DNA of 64,000 nt, from positions 19,044 through 83,043 of the forward strand of contig WGLX01000015.1 of the NCBI GenBank assembly GCA_016125355.1, in the 5' to 3' direction. This document shows, piece after piece, positions 27,338 to 36,290 of the stretch (position 1 is its first letter; each line of letters opens with the position of its first letter). The notes beneath the pieces were generated by a model that made no database searches, was not told where the DNA came from, and worked only from the letters and a program-made list of their open reading frames with translations. Source of the stretch: Actinomycetales bacterium. Its GTDB lineage: Bacteria; Actinomycetota; Actinomycetes; S36-B12. A program made the position numbers and the translations under genes.

Positions 27338-30337
27338 CTAGGTGGAGCCCGCGTGCCCGACCGCCTCGCGCACCCCGGGGCTCGCGGTCGCCCGGCCGTC
27401 GTCGAGGTCCGCCCTGAGCCGCGCGATCATGGCCGGGGTCCAGAAGGTGCGCAGGTGGGTGGCCGCCAGCTCGGTGGCGTGCGCCTTATCGGGGACGCTC
27501 GCGAGGATCTGCTCGGCCATCGCTGCGAGTCGCTCGGGCTCGCCGTCGACGATCGCGCCCTCGTGCGCGACGGCGCCGTCCGGCCGGACCTCCACCGCCG
27601 TCACCTTGTACTCGGGGCAGTTCGTCGCCCAGTCGGAGTTCTCGGTGGTGACCACATTGGTGCCGGAGACGGGATGGTGGAAGGTCGTGTAGACCACGCC
27701 GGCAGGAATGTCCTCGGTGAGGTGGGCCCGAAGCGACGTCTCGCCGACGCGGCTGCTCAGTCGGACCCAGGTGCCATCCGCGATGCCGCGCGCCTCGGCA
27801 TCCGCGGGGTGGATGTCCAGAACGTCCTCCGCGTGCCAGGCGACGTTGGCCGTCCGCCTCGTCTGCGCCCCGACGTTGTACTGCGTGAGGATGCGTCCCG
27901 TCGTCAGGAGCAGCGGGAACCGGCGGGTACTGCGCTCGGTCGTCGGTACGAACGGGGTCGGCACGAAGCGTCCGCGGCCCCGAACGAACTGGTCCACGTG
28001 CATCACGGGAGTACCCAACGGCGCCGCCTGGTTGCAGGGCCACTGCACGCTGCCCACGCGGTCGAGCAGGTCGAACGAGACACCGGCGAAGGTGGGTGTC
28101 AGGGCGGCGATCTCGTCCATGATCTCGGCGGCATCGCGGTAGGCCATCGGGTACCCCATCGCGGTAGCCAGTGCGCAGGCCACTTCCCACTCCGCCATGC
28201 CGGTGCGGCTGGACATCACGGGCCGGACCCGGTTGATGCGGCGCTCGGCATTCGTGAACGTGCCGTCCTTCTCGAGGAAGGAGGTGCCCGGCAGGAACAC
28301 GTGCGCGTAGGCGGCGGTCTCGTTGAGGAAGAGGTCCTGGATGACCACGCAGTCCATTGACGCGAGCGCGCGCTGGACGTGCGCCGTGTTGGGATCGGAC
28401 TGCACGAGATCCTCGCCCTGGATGAACAGGCCCCGGAACTCGCCGATCGTCGCGGCGTCGAGCATGTTGGGCGTGCGCATGCCGGGCTCCGGGCGGACGG
28501 GACGCCCCCATGCCTCGTCGAAGAGGGTGCGCACGCTGTCATCGGAGACGTGCCGGTAGCCGGGAAGCTCGTGGGGGAAGGAGCCCATGTCGCACGAGCC
28601 CTGGACGTTGTTCTGCCCCCGAAGGGGGTTGACCCCGACGCCCGGGCGGCCGATGTTCCCGGTGGCCATCGCCAGGTTGGCCATCGCCATGACCATCGTG
28701 GAGCCCTGGCTGTGCTCGGTGACGCCCAAGCCGTAGTAGATCGCCGCGTTTCCTGCCGCCGCGTACCGACGGGCGGCGTCGCGGATCAGCTCGGGGTCGA
28801 CGCCCGTGGCTTCGGCCACCGATTCGGGGGAGTTCTCCTCGCCGCGGATGAACCCCTCCCAGACCGAGTACTCGGCCGGCTCGCAGCGGCTGGCGACGAA
28901 CTCCCGGTCCGTGAGGCCCTCCGTGACGATGACGTGGGCCATCGCATTGATCACGGCGACGTTGCTCCCGGGCAGCAGCGGCAGGTGCACGTCGGCCCGC
29001 ACGTGCGGGGAGTCGACGAGGGCGATGCGCCGGGGGTCCACGACGATGAGCGCGGCACCGTCCCGGATGCGGCGCTTCATCCGTGAGGCGAAGACCGGGT
29101 GCGCATCGGTGGGGTTGGCTCCGATCACCATGATGACGTCGGCCGACCCCACGGAGGCGAAGTCCTGCGTTCCTGCCGAGGTCCCGAAGGTCTGCTTGAG
29201 TCCGTACCCCGTCGGGGAGTGGCAGACCCGGGCGCAGGTGTCGACGTTGTTGGTGCCGAACGCCGCCCGGACCATCTTCTGGACGACGTAGACCTCCTCG
29301 TTGGTGCACCGCGAGGACGTGATGCCGCCGATCGCATCCGGGCCGTGCTGCTCCCTGATGGCGAGCAGCCGCGCGGCCGCGTGGGCGATCGCCTCATCCC
29401 ACGAGACCTCGCGCCACTTCTGGTCAATGCTGTCGCGGACCATCGGCGCCGTGATGCGGTCCCGATGCGTGGCGTAGCCCCACGCGAACCGGCCCTTGAC
29501 GCAGGAGTGACCCGCATTGGCACCCCCGGACTTGTCCGGCACCATCCGGATCACCTCGTCGCCGCGCACCTCGGCGCGGAAGGAGCAGCCGACCCCGCAG
29601 TACGCGCAGGTGGTGCGCACGACCCGGGTGGGCAGGCCGAGCTCGACGACGGACTTCTCCTGGAGCGTGGCGGTGGGGCAGGCCTGCACGCAGGCGCCGC
29701 ACGAGACGCACTCGCTGTCGAGGAACGACTCGCCGGCCGACGCGGCCACGGCCGAGTCGAAGCCGCGGCCGGAGATGGTCAGTGCGAAGGTCCCCTGCAC
29801 CTCGGAGCAGGCGCGGACGCAGCGGCTGCAGACGATGCACTTGGAGGCGTCGAACGAGAAGTACGGATTGGAGTCGTCGCGCGGCGCGTCTAGGTGGTTC
29901 TCGCCGGCCAGTCCGTACCGGACGTCGCGCAGGCCGACCACCCCCGCCATGTCCTGCAGTTCGCAGTCCCCGTTGGCCGGGCATGTCAGGCAGTCGAGGG
30001 GATGGTCGGAGATGTACAGCTCCATCACCCCGCGCCTCAGCCGCGCGAGGCGTGCGGTCTCGGTGTGGACGACCATGCCGTCCGTGCAGGGCGTGGTGCA
30101 CGAGGACGGAGTCCCCGGCCGCCCGTCGACCTCCACCAGGCAGAGCCGGCACGAGCCGAAGGGCTCGAGGGAGTCGGTGGCGCACAGTCGGGGGATGTCG
30201 ATCCCCGCCTCGCCGGCGGCCCGCATGACCGAGGTGCCGGCGGGAACGGTGACCGGAGTCCCGTCGATGGTCACGTCGACCGTCGTCTCGGACACCCGCG
30301 CCGGGGTGCCCAGGTCGGGGTCGCGGGTCACGCTCAT
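27338..30337 (-). CDS. fdsA: NAD-dependent formate dehydrogenase alpha subunit (FdsA-type, molybdopterin) with a fused FdsD-like C-terminal tail
   Basis: 999 aa. N-terminal 2Fe-2S (CRLCLV), 4Fe-4S ferredoxin motifs (CIVCSRCVRAC, CVSCGACVQACP) and the MopB domain with Cys ligand HSCVKGRF. The last ~70 aa (ERLAAMAEQI...HLRTFWTPAMIARL) resemble formate dehydrogenase delta subunit. ATGA overlap with fdsB. Confidence 0.88.
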   Translation of the reverse strand: MSVTRDPDLGTPARVSETTVDVTIDGTPVTVPAGTSVMRAAGEAGIDIPRLCATDSLEPFGSCRLCLVEVDGRPGTPSSCTTPCTDGMVVHTETARLARLRRGVMELYISDHPLDCLTCPANGDCELQDMAGVVGLRDVRYGLAGENHLDAPRDDSNPYFSFDASKCIVCSRCVRACSEVQGTFALTISGRGFDSAVAASAGESFLDSECVSCGACVQACPTATLQEKSVVELGLPTRVVRTTCAYCGVGCSFRAEVRGDEVIRMVPDKSGGANAGHSCVKGRFAWGYATHRDRITAPMVRDSIDQKWREVSWDEAIAHAAARLLAIREQHGPDAIGGITSSRCTNEEVYVVQKMVRAAFGTNNVDTCARVCHSPTGYGLKQTFGTSAGTQDFASVGSADVIMVIGANPTDAHPVFASRMKRRIRDGAALIVVDPRRIALVDSPHVRADVHLPLLPGSNVAVINAMAHVIVTEGLTDREFVASRCEPAEYSVWEGFIRGEENSPESVAEATGVDPELIRDAARRYAAAGNAAIYYGLGVTEHSQGSTMVMAMANLAMATGNIGRPGVGVNPLRGQNNVQGSCDMGSFPHELPGYRHVSDDSVRTLFDEAWGRPVRPEPGMRTPNMLDAATIGEFRGLFIQGEDLVQSDPNTAHVQRALASMDCVVIQDLFLNETAAYAHVFLPGTSFLEKDGTFTNAERRINRVRPVMSSRTGMAEWEVACALATAMGYPMAYRDAAEIMDEIAALTPTFAGVSFDLLDRVGSVQWPCNQAAPLGTPVMHVDQFVRGRGRFVPTPFVPTTERSTRRFPLLLTTGRILTQYNVGAQTRRTANVAWHAEDVLDIHPADAEARGIADGTWVRLSSRVGETSLRAHLTEDIPAGVVYTTFHHPVSGTNVVTTENSDWATNCPEYKVTAVEVRPDGAVAHEGAIVDGEPERLAAMAEQILASVPDKAHATELAATHLRTFWTPAMIARLRADLDDGRATASPGVREAVGHAGST

Positions 30338-31869
30338 CCGTCCACCTCCTGGGGCTGTCGGCCGAAGTGTGCGGGCCATCCGCGGAGGGCGCTGAGCACC
30401 GGCTGGGGTGTCAGCCCGCCCATGGCGCACAGGGATCCGTCCCGCATGACCTCGCACAGGTCGGTCAGCACCGCCACCTGCTCCTCGACGGCCTCGCCGA
30501 GGCGGATGCGGTCGATCACCTCGACGCCGCGCACGGAGCCGATCCGGCACGGGGTGCACTTGCCGCACGACTCCTCGGCGCAGAACTCCATGGCGAAGCG
30601 CGCCTGCTCCGCCATGTCGACCGCGTCGTCGAAGACGACGATGCCACCGTGCCCCAGCATGGCGCCGATGGCGGCCATCTCCTCGTAGTCGGTCGGCACG
30701 TCCAGCTCGTCCGGTCGCAGGTAGGAGCCCAGGGGGCCGCCCACCTGGACGGCGCCCACCGGACGACCGCTGCGGGTGCCCGCGCCGTAGCCCTCGACGA
30801 GCTCGCGCAGGGTCATGCCGAAGGGCACCTCCACGAGTCCGCCGCGAGCGACGTTTCCCGCGAGCTGGAAGGCCTGCGTGCCGCGGGACCTCCCGGTGCC
30901 CAGGGCCGCGTACTCGGCCGGGCCCCGGGCCACGATGCCGGGCACGGCCGCGATGGTGAGCACGTTGTTGATCACGGTCGGCCGGCCGTACAGCCCCTCG
31001 ACCGCGGGCAGCGGGGGCTTGGCGCGCACCTGGCCGCGGTGGCCCTCGATGCTCTCCAGCATGGCGGTCTCCTCGCCGCACACATAGGAGCCGGCGCCGA
31101 CGACCACGCTGACGTCGAAGGTGGTGCCGGTACCGAGGATGTCGGGGCCCAGCCATCCGCGGTCGCGTGCGATGCGGATGGCCGCGTCGAGGGTCGCGAT
31201 GGCCGCCGGGTACTCCGACCGCACGTACACGATGCCGACGGTGGCCCCGGTCGCGTGGCCGGCGATGGCCATGCCCTCCAGCAGGGTGAGGGGATCGCCC
31301 TCGAGCAGGATCCGGTCGGCGTAGGTGCCGCTGTCGCCCTCGTCCGCATTGACGCACACGTACCGCTGGTCCGCGGGTGTCGCGGCGACGGTCTGCCACT
31401 TGATCCCGGCGGGGAAGCCGGCTCCGCCGCGACCGCGCAACCCCGACTCCGTCACCGCCGCCACCACCTCGTCCGGCGACTGCCCGAGCGCGGCCCGGAG
31501 CCCCTGGAGGCCGCCGGCTGCCTCGAAGGCGTCGGGGTCGAGCGGGTCGTCCACGCCCACCCGGGCGAAGGTCCACCGGGTCTGTTCGGCCAGCCACGGG
31601 TCCTCCTCGACCAGCCCGATGCCGAGCGGGTGGGTGAGGTCGTCGGCGATGGCCTGCGCCAGTGACGGGACCGCGTCGACCGTCACCGGACCGAAGCCCA
31701 CGCGCCCGCGCGGTGAGTCCACCTCCACCAGGGGTTCCCGCCACAGCATGCCGCGGGAGCCGGTGCGCACGATGCGCGCGCTCGGGAGCAGCTCGGCGAG
31801 ATGGGCGGCCACGGCGTCGGCACCCACCGACTGCGCGGCGCTGTCCCTTGGTACGTAGATGGTCGTCAC
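30334..31869 (-). CDS. fdsB: Formate dehydrogenase beta subunit (NuoF-like, FMN/NAD-binding)
   Basis: 511 aa from GTG. GAGSYVCGEETAMLESIEG and 4Fe-4S ESCGKCTPCR. GTGA overlap with fdsG. Confidence 0.85.
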   Translation of the reverse strand: MTTIYVPRDSAAQSVGADAVAAHLAELLPSARIVRTGSRGMLWREPLVEVDSPRGRVGFGPVTVDAVPSLAQAIADDLTHPLGIGLVEEDPWLAEQTRWTFARVGVDDPLDPDAFEAAGGLQGLRAALGQSPDEVVAAVTESGLRGRGGAGFPAGIKWQTVAATPADQRYVCVNADEGDSGTYADRILLEGDPLTLLEGMAIAGHATGATVGIVYVRSEYPAAIATLDAAIRIARDRGWLGPDILGTGTTFDVSVVVGAGSYVCGEETAMLESIEGHRGQVRAKPPLPAVEGLYGRPTVINNVLTIAAVPGIVARGPAEYAALGTGRSRGTQAFQLAGNVARGGLVEVPFGMTLRELVEGYGAGTRSGRPVGAVQVGGPLGSYLRPDELDVPTDYEEMAAIGAMLGHGGIVVFDDAVDMAEQARFAMEFCAEESCGKCTPCRIGSVRGVEVIDRIRLGEAVEEQVAVLTDLCEVMRDGSLCAMGGLTPQPVLSALRGWPAHFGRQPQEVDG

Positions 31870-32246
31870 GGCCGGGCCTCCTGGATGGCCTCCGCGATCG
31901 ACGCTCCGGTCGCTCGACCCAGGAGGCGGCCGTTGACCTCGCACGCCGGTCCGAGGGCGCAGTTGCCGAGGCAGTACACGTGGTCGATGGCGACGTGGTC
32001 CGACGAAAGGTCACTGGCCTGGCGCATGAGGGCGCGGGCACCCACCGCCTGGCACGCCTCGCCTTGGCAGACGCGGACAGTCACGGCGGGCGGGGGAGTC
32101 GTCCGCAGGTCCCGGTAGAACGTGAGCACGCCGTAGACATCCGCGCGGCTGGCGTTGCAGGCCTCGGCGACCCGGGCGATGGCGTCATCCGGCACGTAGC
32201 CATGCTCGGCCTGAACGGCCTGGAGGGAGGCGAGGATCGTCGTCAA
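31866..32246 (-). CDS. fdsG: Formate dehydrogenase gamma subunit (NuoE-like 2Fe-2S)
   Basis: 126 aa. Thioredoxin-like 2Fe-2S pattern VCQGEACQ...CLGNCALGP. Confidence 0.75.
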   Translation of the reverse strand: MTTILASLQAVQAEHGYVPDDAIARVAEACNASRADVYGVLTFYRDLRTTPPPAVTVRVCQGEACQAVGARALMRQASDLSSDHVAIDHVYCLGNCALGPACEVNGRLLGRATGASIAEAIQEARP

Positions 32247-32271
32247 CGCGGATCACCCTCCCGCCGTGGCG

Positions 32272-33093
32272 TCAGCTCGATGAATGTGCGCTCGTGACGC
32301 GATTATCCCCCGCGTACACGTTCAGGTGGCTGCCTCGGGCGAATCCGATGAGGACGAGGTCATGCTGGCGGGCGAGGTCGATGGCCAGGCTCGTCGGGGC
32401 GGACACGGCCACGATGGCGGCGACGCCGGCCGTGAGGGCCTTGGTCACGATCTCGTACGAGACCCGGCCGCTGACGAGGAGGGTGTGGTCGGTGAGGGGC
32501 AGCTGGTCGGCGAGCAGGGCGGCCCCGACCGCCTTGTCGACGGCGTTGTGCCGGCCGACGTCCTCGCGGGTCCACCGGACCGAGAGGTCCGGCGCGACCA
32601 CGGTGGCGGCGTGCAGGCCGCCGGTGCGCTCGAAGAGGCGCTGGTCCTCGCGCATGGCCGCCAGCAGGCCGCCGACGGCCTCGGCGTCCAGCGACCAGTC
32701 CGGCGTGTGGAGCGGTCCGGTGGGTTGCGGCGCCGCGGACAGCACGTCGCTGCTGCACACCCCGCACGAGCTGCTCGTGATGAACGCGCGCGCCCGTGGC
32801 GGCGTGACGCCGTCGGCGAGGCGGACGCGCACCGTGTCGATGCCCTCGTCCTCGTCGCGGGTGGCGAGAGCGGCCATCGTCGTGATGTCGTCGCTGCGGC
32901 GCACCCCGGCCTCGTTGACCAGCCACCCCGCGGCCAGCTCCAGGTCGTGCCCCGGCGTGCGCATCGTGGTGGCCATGACCTCCTCGCCGACGACGACCGT
33001 CAGCGGTGCCTCCACGACGACGTGATCGACCACCTCGCGGCGCCCGGTCTCCTCGATGCGCACCAGGCGGCGTCGGTCGCTGGAGATGCCCAT
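32272..33093 (-). CDS. fdhD: Formate dehydrogenase accessory sulfurtransferase FdhD
   Basis: 273 aa. SSSCGVCS active-site loop and VGRHNAVDK motif. Confidence 0.88.
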   Translation of the reverse strand: MGISSDRRRLVRIEETGRREVVDHVVVEAPLTVVVGEEVMATTMRTPGHDLELAAGWLVNEAGVRRSDDITTMAALATRDEDEGIDTVRVRLADGVTPPRARAFITSSSCGVCSSDVLSAAPQPTGPLHTPDWSLDAEAVGGLLAAMREDQRLFERTGGLHAATVVAPDLSVRWTREDVGRHNAVDKAVGAALLADQLPLTDHTLLVSGRVSYEIVTKALTAGVAAIVAVSAPTSLAIDLARQHDLVLIGFARGSHLNVYAGDNRVTSAHSSS

Positions 33094-33102
33094 CGTGAAC
33101 GC

Positions 33103-34770
33103 CTAGAAGAGCCCGACGACGCGCCCGTCGACGACATCGATGGACTCGCTGGCGGGATGCCGCGGAAGGCCGGGCATGGTGAGGATGTCACCGCAGACGA
33201 GCACGATGAAGCGAGCGCCCGCGGAGAGCCGGACCTCACGGATGTTCACGCTGTGGCCGGTCGGGGCGTTGCGGCGCTGGGGGTCGGTGGAGAAGGAGAA
33301 CTGGGTCTTGGCCACGCAGATCGGCAGGTGGCCGTAGCCCTGCTCCTGGAGCTCGCGCAGCCGGCCGCGTACCTTCGTGTCGGCGGTGACCTCGCTCGCG
33401 CCGTAGACCCGTGTGGCCACCGCGGTCATCTTCTGCCACAGGGTCTCGTCATCGTCGTACGCGAAGGTCAGCGAGGACGGCTCATCGCACGCGGCGATCA
33501 CCTCGCGAGCCAGGTCGACCGCGCCGGCCCCACCGTCCGCCCAGTGGCTCGCGAGGGCCACGCGCACCCCCATCTGCCGGGCGCGGTCGGCGAGCAGATC
33601 GATCTCGGCGTCGGTGTCGGAGACGAAGCGATTCACGGCCACCACCACGGGCAGCCCGAACACCTCCCGCATGGTCGTGACGTGCCGGGCCAGGTTGGCC
33701 AGCCCGATCTCGAGGGCGTTCAGGTCCTCGCCGGTGAGGTCGGCGAGATCCGCGCCGCCGTGGTACTTCAGGGCCCGGATCGTGGCGACGACCACCGCCG
33801 CGTGGGGTCGAAGGCCCGAGGACCGGCAGACGATGTCGACGAACTTCTCGGCACCGAGGTCCGCCCCGAAGCCCGCCTCCGTCACGACGTAGTCGGCGAG
33901 CCGCCGCGCGGACTGCGTCGCGATGACCGAGTTGGCGCCGTGGGCGATGTTGGCGAACGGCCCACCGTGCACGAAGGCGGGCGTGTGCTCCAGCGTCTGG
34001 ACGAGGTTGGGGGCGAGCGCGTCCTTCAGCAGGGCGGTCATGGCTCCCTCGGCGACCAGGTCGCGGGCGCGGACCGGGTCCTTGTCGCGGGTGTACGCCA
34101 CGACGATGTCGCCGAGCCGCTGTCGAAGGTCCTCCACCGACGTGGCCAGGCAGAACACGGCCATGACCTCGGAGGCGACGACGATGTCGAAGCCGTCCTC
34201 GCGGGGAAATCCGTTGGCCGGTCCGCCCAGGCCGACGGTGACCTCGCGGAGCGCCCTGTCGTTGATGTCGACGACCCGCTTCCACGTGATGCGCCGCAGG
34301 TCGATGCCCAGCGCGTTGCCGTGGTGGATGTGGTTGTCGATGAGTGCGGCGAGCAGGTTCGTGGCTGCGGCGATCGCGCTGAAGTCGCCGGTGAAGTGCA
34401 GGTTGATGTCCTCCATCGGGACCACCTGTGCGTAGCCCCCGCCGGCAGCCCCGCCCTTCATGCCGAAGACCGGTCCGAGGGATGGCTCCCGCAGGCACAC
34501 GGCGGTCCGCCTGCCGAGGAGCTGCAGCGCGTCGGCGAGCCCGACGCTCGTGGTGGTCTTGCCCTCCCCGGGCGGAGTGGGGCTGATCGCCGTCACGAGG
34601 ATGAGCCGTGCGTCGGGGTTGTCGGGAAGCCCGGCGAGGTAGTCGAGATCGATCTTGGCCTTGTCGCGACCGTAGGGGGAGACGGCCTCGGGCGGGATGC
34701 CGAGTCGGTCGGCCACGGCCTGGATCGGCTCGAGGACCGCGGCCTGAGCGATGTCGAGATCGGTGGTCAT
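33103..34770 (-). CDS. fhs: Formate--tetrahydrofolate ligase
   Basis: 555 aa. P-loop [16 protein letters not shown] and [10 protein letters not shown]. Confidence 0.93.
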   Translation of the reverse strand: MTTDLDIAQAAVLEPIQAVADRLGIPPEAVSPYGRDKAKIDLDYLAGLPDNPDARLILVTAISPTPPGEGKTTTSVGLADALQLLGRRTAVCLREPSLGPVFGMKGGAAGGGYAQVVPMEDINLHFTGDFSAIAAATNLLAALIDNHIHHGNALGIDLRRITWKRVVDINDRALREVTVGLGGPANGFPREDGFDIVVASEVMAVFCLATSVEDLRQRLGDIVVAYTRDKDPVRARDLVAEGAMTALLKDALAPNLVQTLEHTPAFVHGGPFANIAHGANSVIATQSARRLADYVVTEAGFGADLGAEKFVDIVCRSSGLRPHAAVVVATIRALKYHGGADLADLTGEDLNALEIGLANLARHVTTMREVFGLPVVVAVNRFVSDTDAEIDLLADRARQMGVRVALASHWADGGAGAVDLAREVIAACDEPSSLTFAYDDDETLWQKMTAVATRVYGASEVTADTKVRGRLRELQEQGYGHLPICVAKTQFSFSTDPQRRNAPTGHSVNIREVRLSAGARFIVLVCGDILTMPGLPRHPASESIDVVDGRVVGLF

Positions 34771-34874
34771 CGACGCCGACTGTAGTGGCGGTGGAGGCCC
34801 GTTGCGGGCCGAGTTGTCGACATGAACCGGGTGCCGCGAGGGGTGCCCGCAGGCGGCGTGACACCCTTGGGTCG

Positions 34875-36290
34875 ATGGCGGACTATCACAGCGACGAGCG
34901 CGACGACTGGCGCGGCGACGGGCTCGGGGATCTCGAGCTCGAGGAGCGGCATGCCCTGCGCCGGGTCGCCGGCCTGTCCACCGAGCTCGAGGACATCCGC
35001 GAGGTCGAGTACCGGCAGGTCCGGCTCGAACGGGTCGTGCTGGCGGGCGTCTGGACGGAGGGGACTCTCGCCGAGGCGGAGCGCAGCATGCGCGAGCTGG
35101 CCCTGCTCGCGGAGACGGCCGGATCGGTCGTCCTCGAGGGCGTCATCCAGCGCCGGGACTCGCCGGACCCGGCCACCTACCTCGGCTCCGGCAAGGCGAG
35201 GGAGCTGCGCGATCTCGTCGTCGTGACCGGAGCCGACACGGTCATCTGCGACGGCGAGCTGACGCCGGGACAGCTCCGTCAGCTGGAGGAGATCGTCAAG
35301 GTCAAGGTGGTCGACCGCACCTGGCTGATCCTGGACATCTTCGCCCAGCATGCGCGGAGCCGGGAGGGCAAGGCGCAGGTCAGCCTCGCCCAGATGCAGT
35401 ACCTGCTGCCGCGGCTGCGCGGCTGGGGTGAGTCCCTCTCCCGGCAGGGCGGCGGCGCCGGCGGCGGCGGATCGGGCGGTGGCGGCGTCGGCACGCGCGG
35501 ACCCGGTGAGACCAAGATCGAGACCGATCGTCGCCGCATCCGGTCGCAGATGGCGCGGCTGCGCCGGCAGCTCAAGGACATGGAGGCCACCCGCACCACG
35601 CAGCGGGCGGCGCGGCACCGGTCCGGCATCCCCGCCGTCGCGATCGCCGGCTACACCAACGCCGGCAAGTCCAGCCTGCTCAATCGGGTGACCGGAGCCG
35701 GGGTGCTCGTCGAGAACGCCCTGTTCGCGACCCTGGATCCCACCGTGCGCAAGGCCCGCACTCCCGGTGGGCGCGACTACACGATCGCCGACACCGTCGG
35801 CTTCGTGCGGCACCTACCGCACCAGCTCGTGGAGGCCTTCCGCTCGACCTTGGAGGAGGTCCGCGATGCCGACCTGATCCTCCATGTGGTGGACGGGTCG
35901 GATGAGGCGCCGGAGGAGCAGATCGCCGCGGTGCGTGAGGTGCTCAACGAGATCGAGGCGGGGCATGTGCCCGAGCTGATCGTCATCAACAAGGCGGACA
36001 TCGCCGAGCCCGAGACCATCGCGACGCTGCTGCGCCGCGAGCCGCACGCGGTCGTCGTGTCGGCGCGTACCGGCCTGGGAATAGGCGACCTGCTGGAGGC
36101 GATCGAGCAGGACCTGCCGCTCGGGCTCGTGGACGTCGACGTCCGGGTCCCGTACACCCGTGGTGACCTCGTCAGCCGGGCGCACCGCCAGGGCGAGGTC
36201 ATCGCCGAGGAGCACGATGAGACGGGCACCCGACTGCGCGCCCGCGTGCCTGAGGCCCTGGCCAACGAGCTCGCGGAGCTCGATGCCTGA
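34875..36290 (+). CDS. hflX: GTPase HflX
   Basis: 471 aa. [14 protein letters not shown] and G1 [12 protein letters not shown]. It has the glycine-rich linker typical of actinobacterial HflX. Confidence 0.9.
   Translation: MADYHSDERDDWRGDGLGDLELEERHALRRVAGLSTELEDIREVEYRQVRLERVVLAGVWTEGTLAEAERSMRELALLAETAGSVVLEGVIQRRDSPDPATYLGSGKARELRDLVVVTGADTVICDGELTPGQLRQLEEIVKVKVVDRTWLILDIFAQHARSREGKAQVSLAQMQYLLPRLRGWGESLSRQGGGAGGGGSGGGGVGTRGPGETKIETDRRRIRSQMARLRRQLKDMEATRTTQRAARHRSGIPAVAIAGYTNAGKSSLLNRVTGAGVLVENALFATLDPTVRKARTPGGRDYTIADTVGFVRHLPHQLVEAFRSTLEEVRDADLILHVVDGSDEAPEEQIAAVREVLNEIEAGHVPELIVINKADIAEPETIATLLRREPHAVVVSARTGLGIGDLLEAIEQDLPLGLVDVDVRVPYTRGDLVSRAHRQGEVIAEEHDETGTRLRARVPEALANELAELDA

Noticed and set aside
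27338-30337. A possible selenocysteine (in-frame TGA) in the formate dehydrogenase alpha subunit.
   Set aside because: The ORF is uninterrupted, and the Mo-ligand position reads HSCVKGRF with a Cys codon. No SECIS-like context is needed.
34844-34856. A ZTP (pfl) riboswitch-like element upstream of fhs. The minus-strand RNA reads CCGCCUGCGGGCA, close to the conserved 3' CCGCCUGGGCA segment.
   Set aside because: The conserved 5' sub-domain (GGGUCGUGACUGGCG...) is absent on that strand. The match has an inserted C and lies at the far 5' end of a ~100-nt leader, where the 5' domain would have to fall inside hflX. It is probably a chance GC-rich match.
35440-35500. The glycine-rich run in HflX ([15 protein letters not shown]) as an insertion or repeat expansion.
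   Set aside because: Actinobacterial HflX proteins commonly carry a Gly-rich stretch just before the RGPGETKIE motif. The frame is intact and the flanking motifs are normal.
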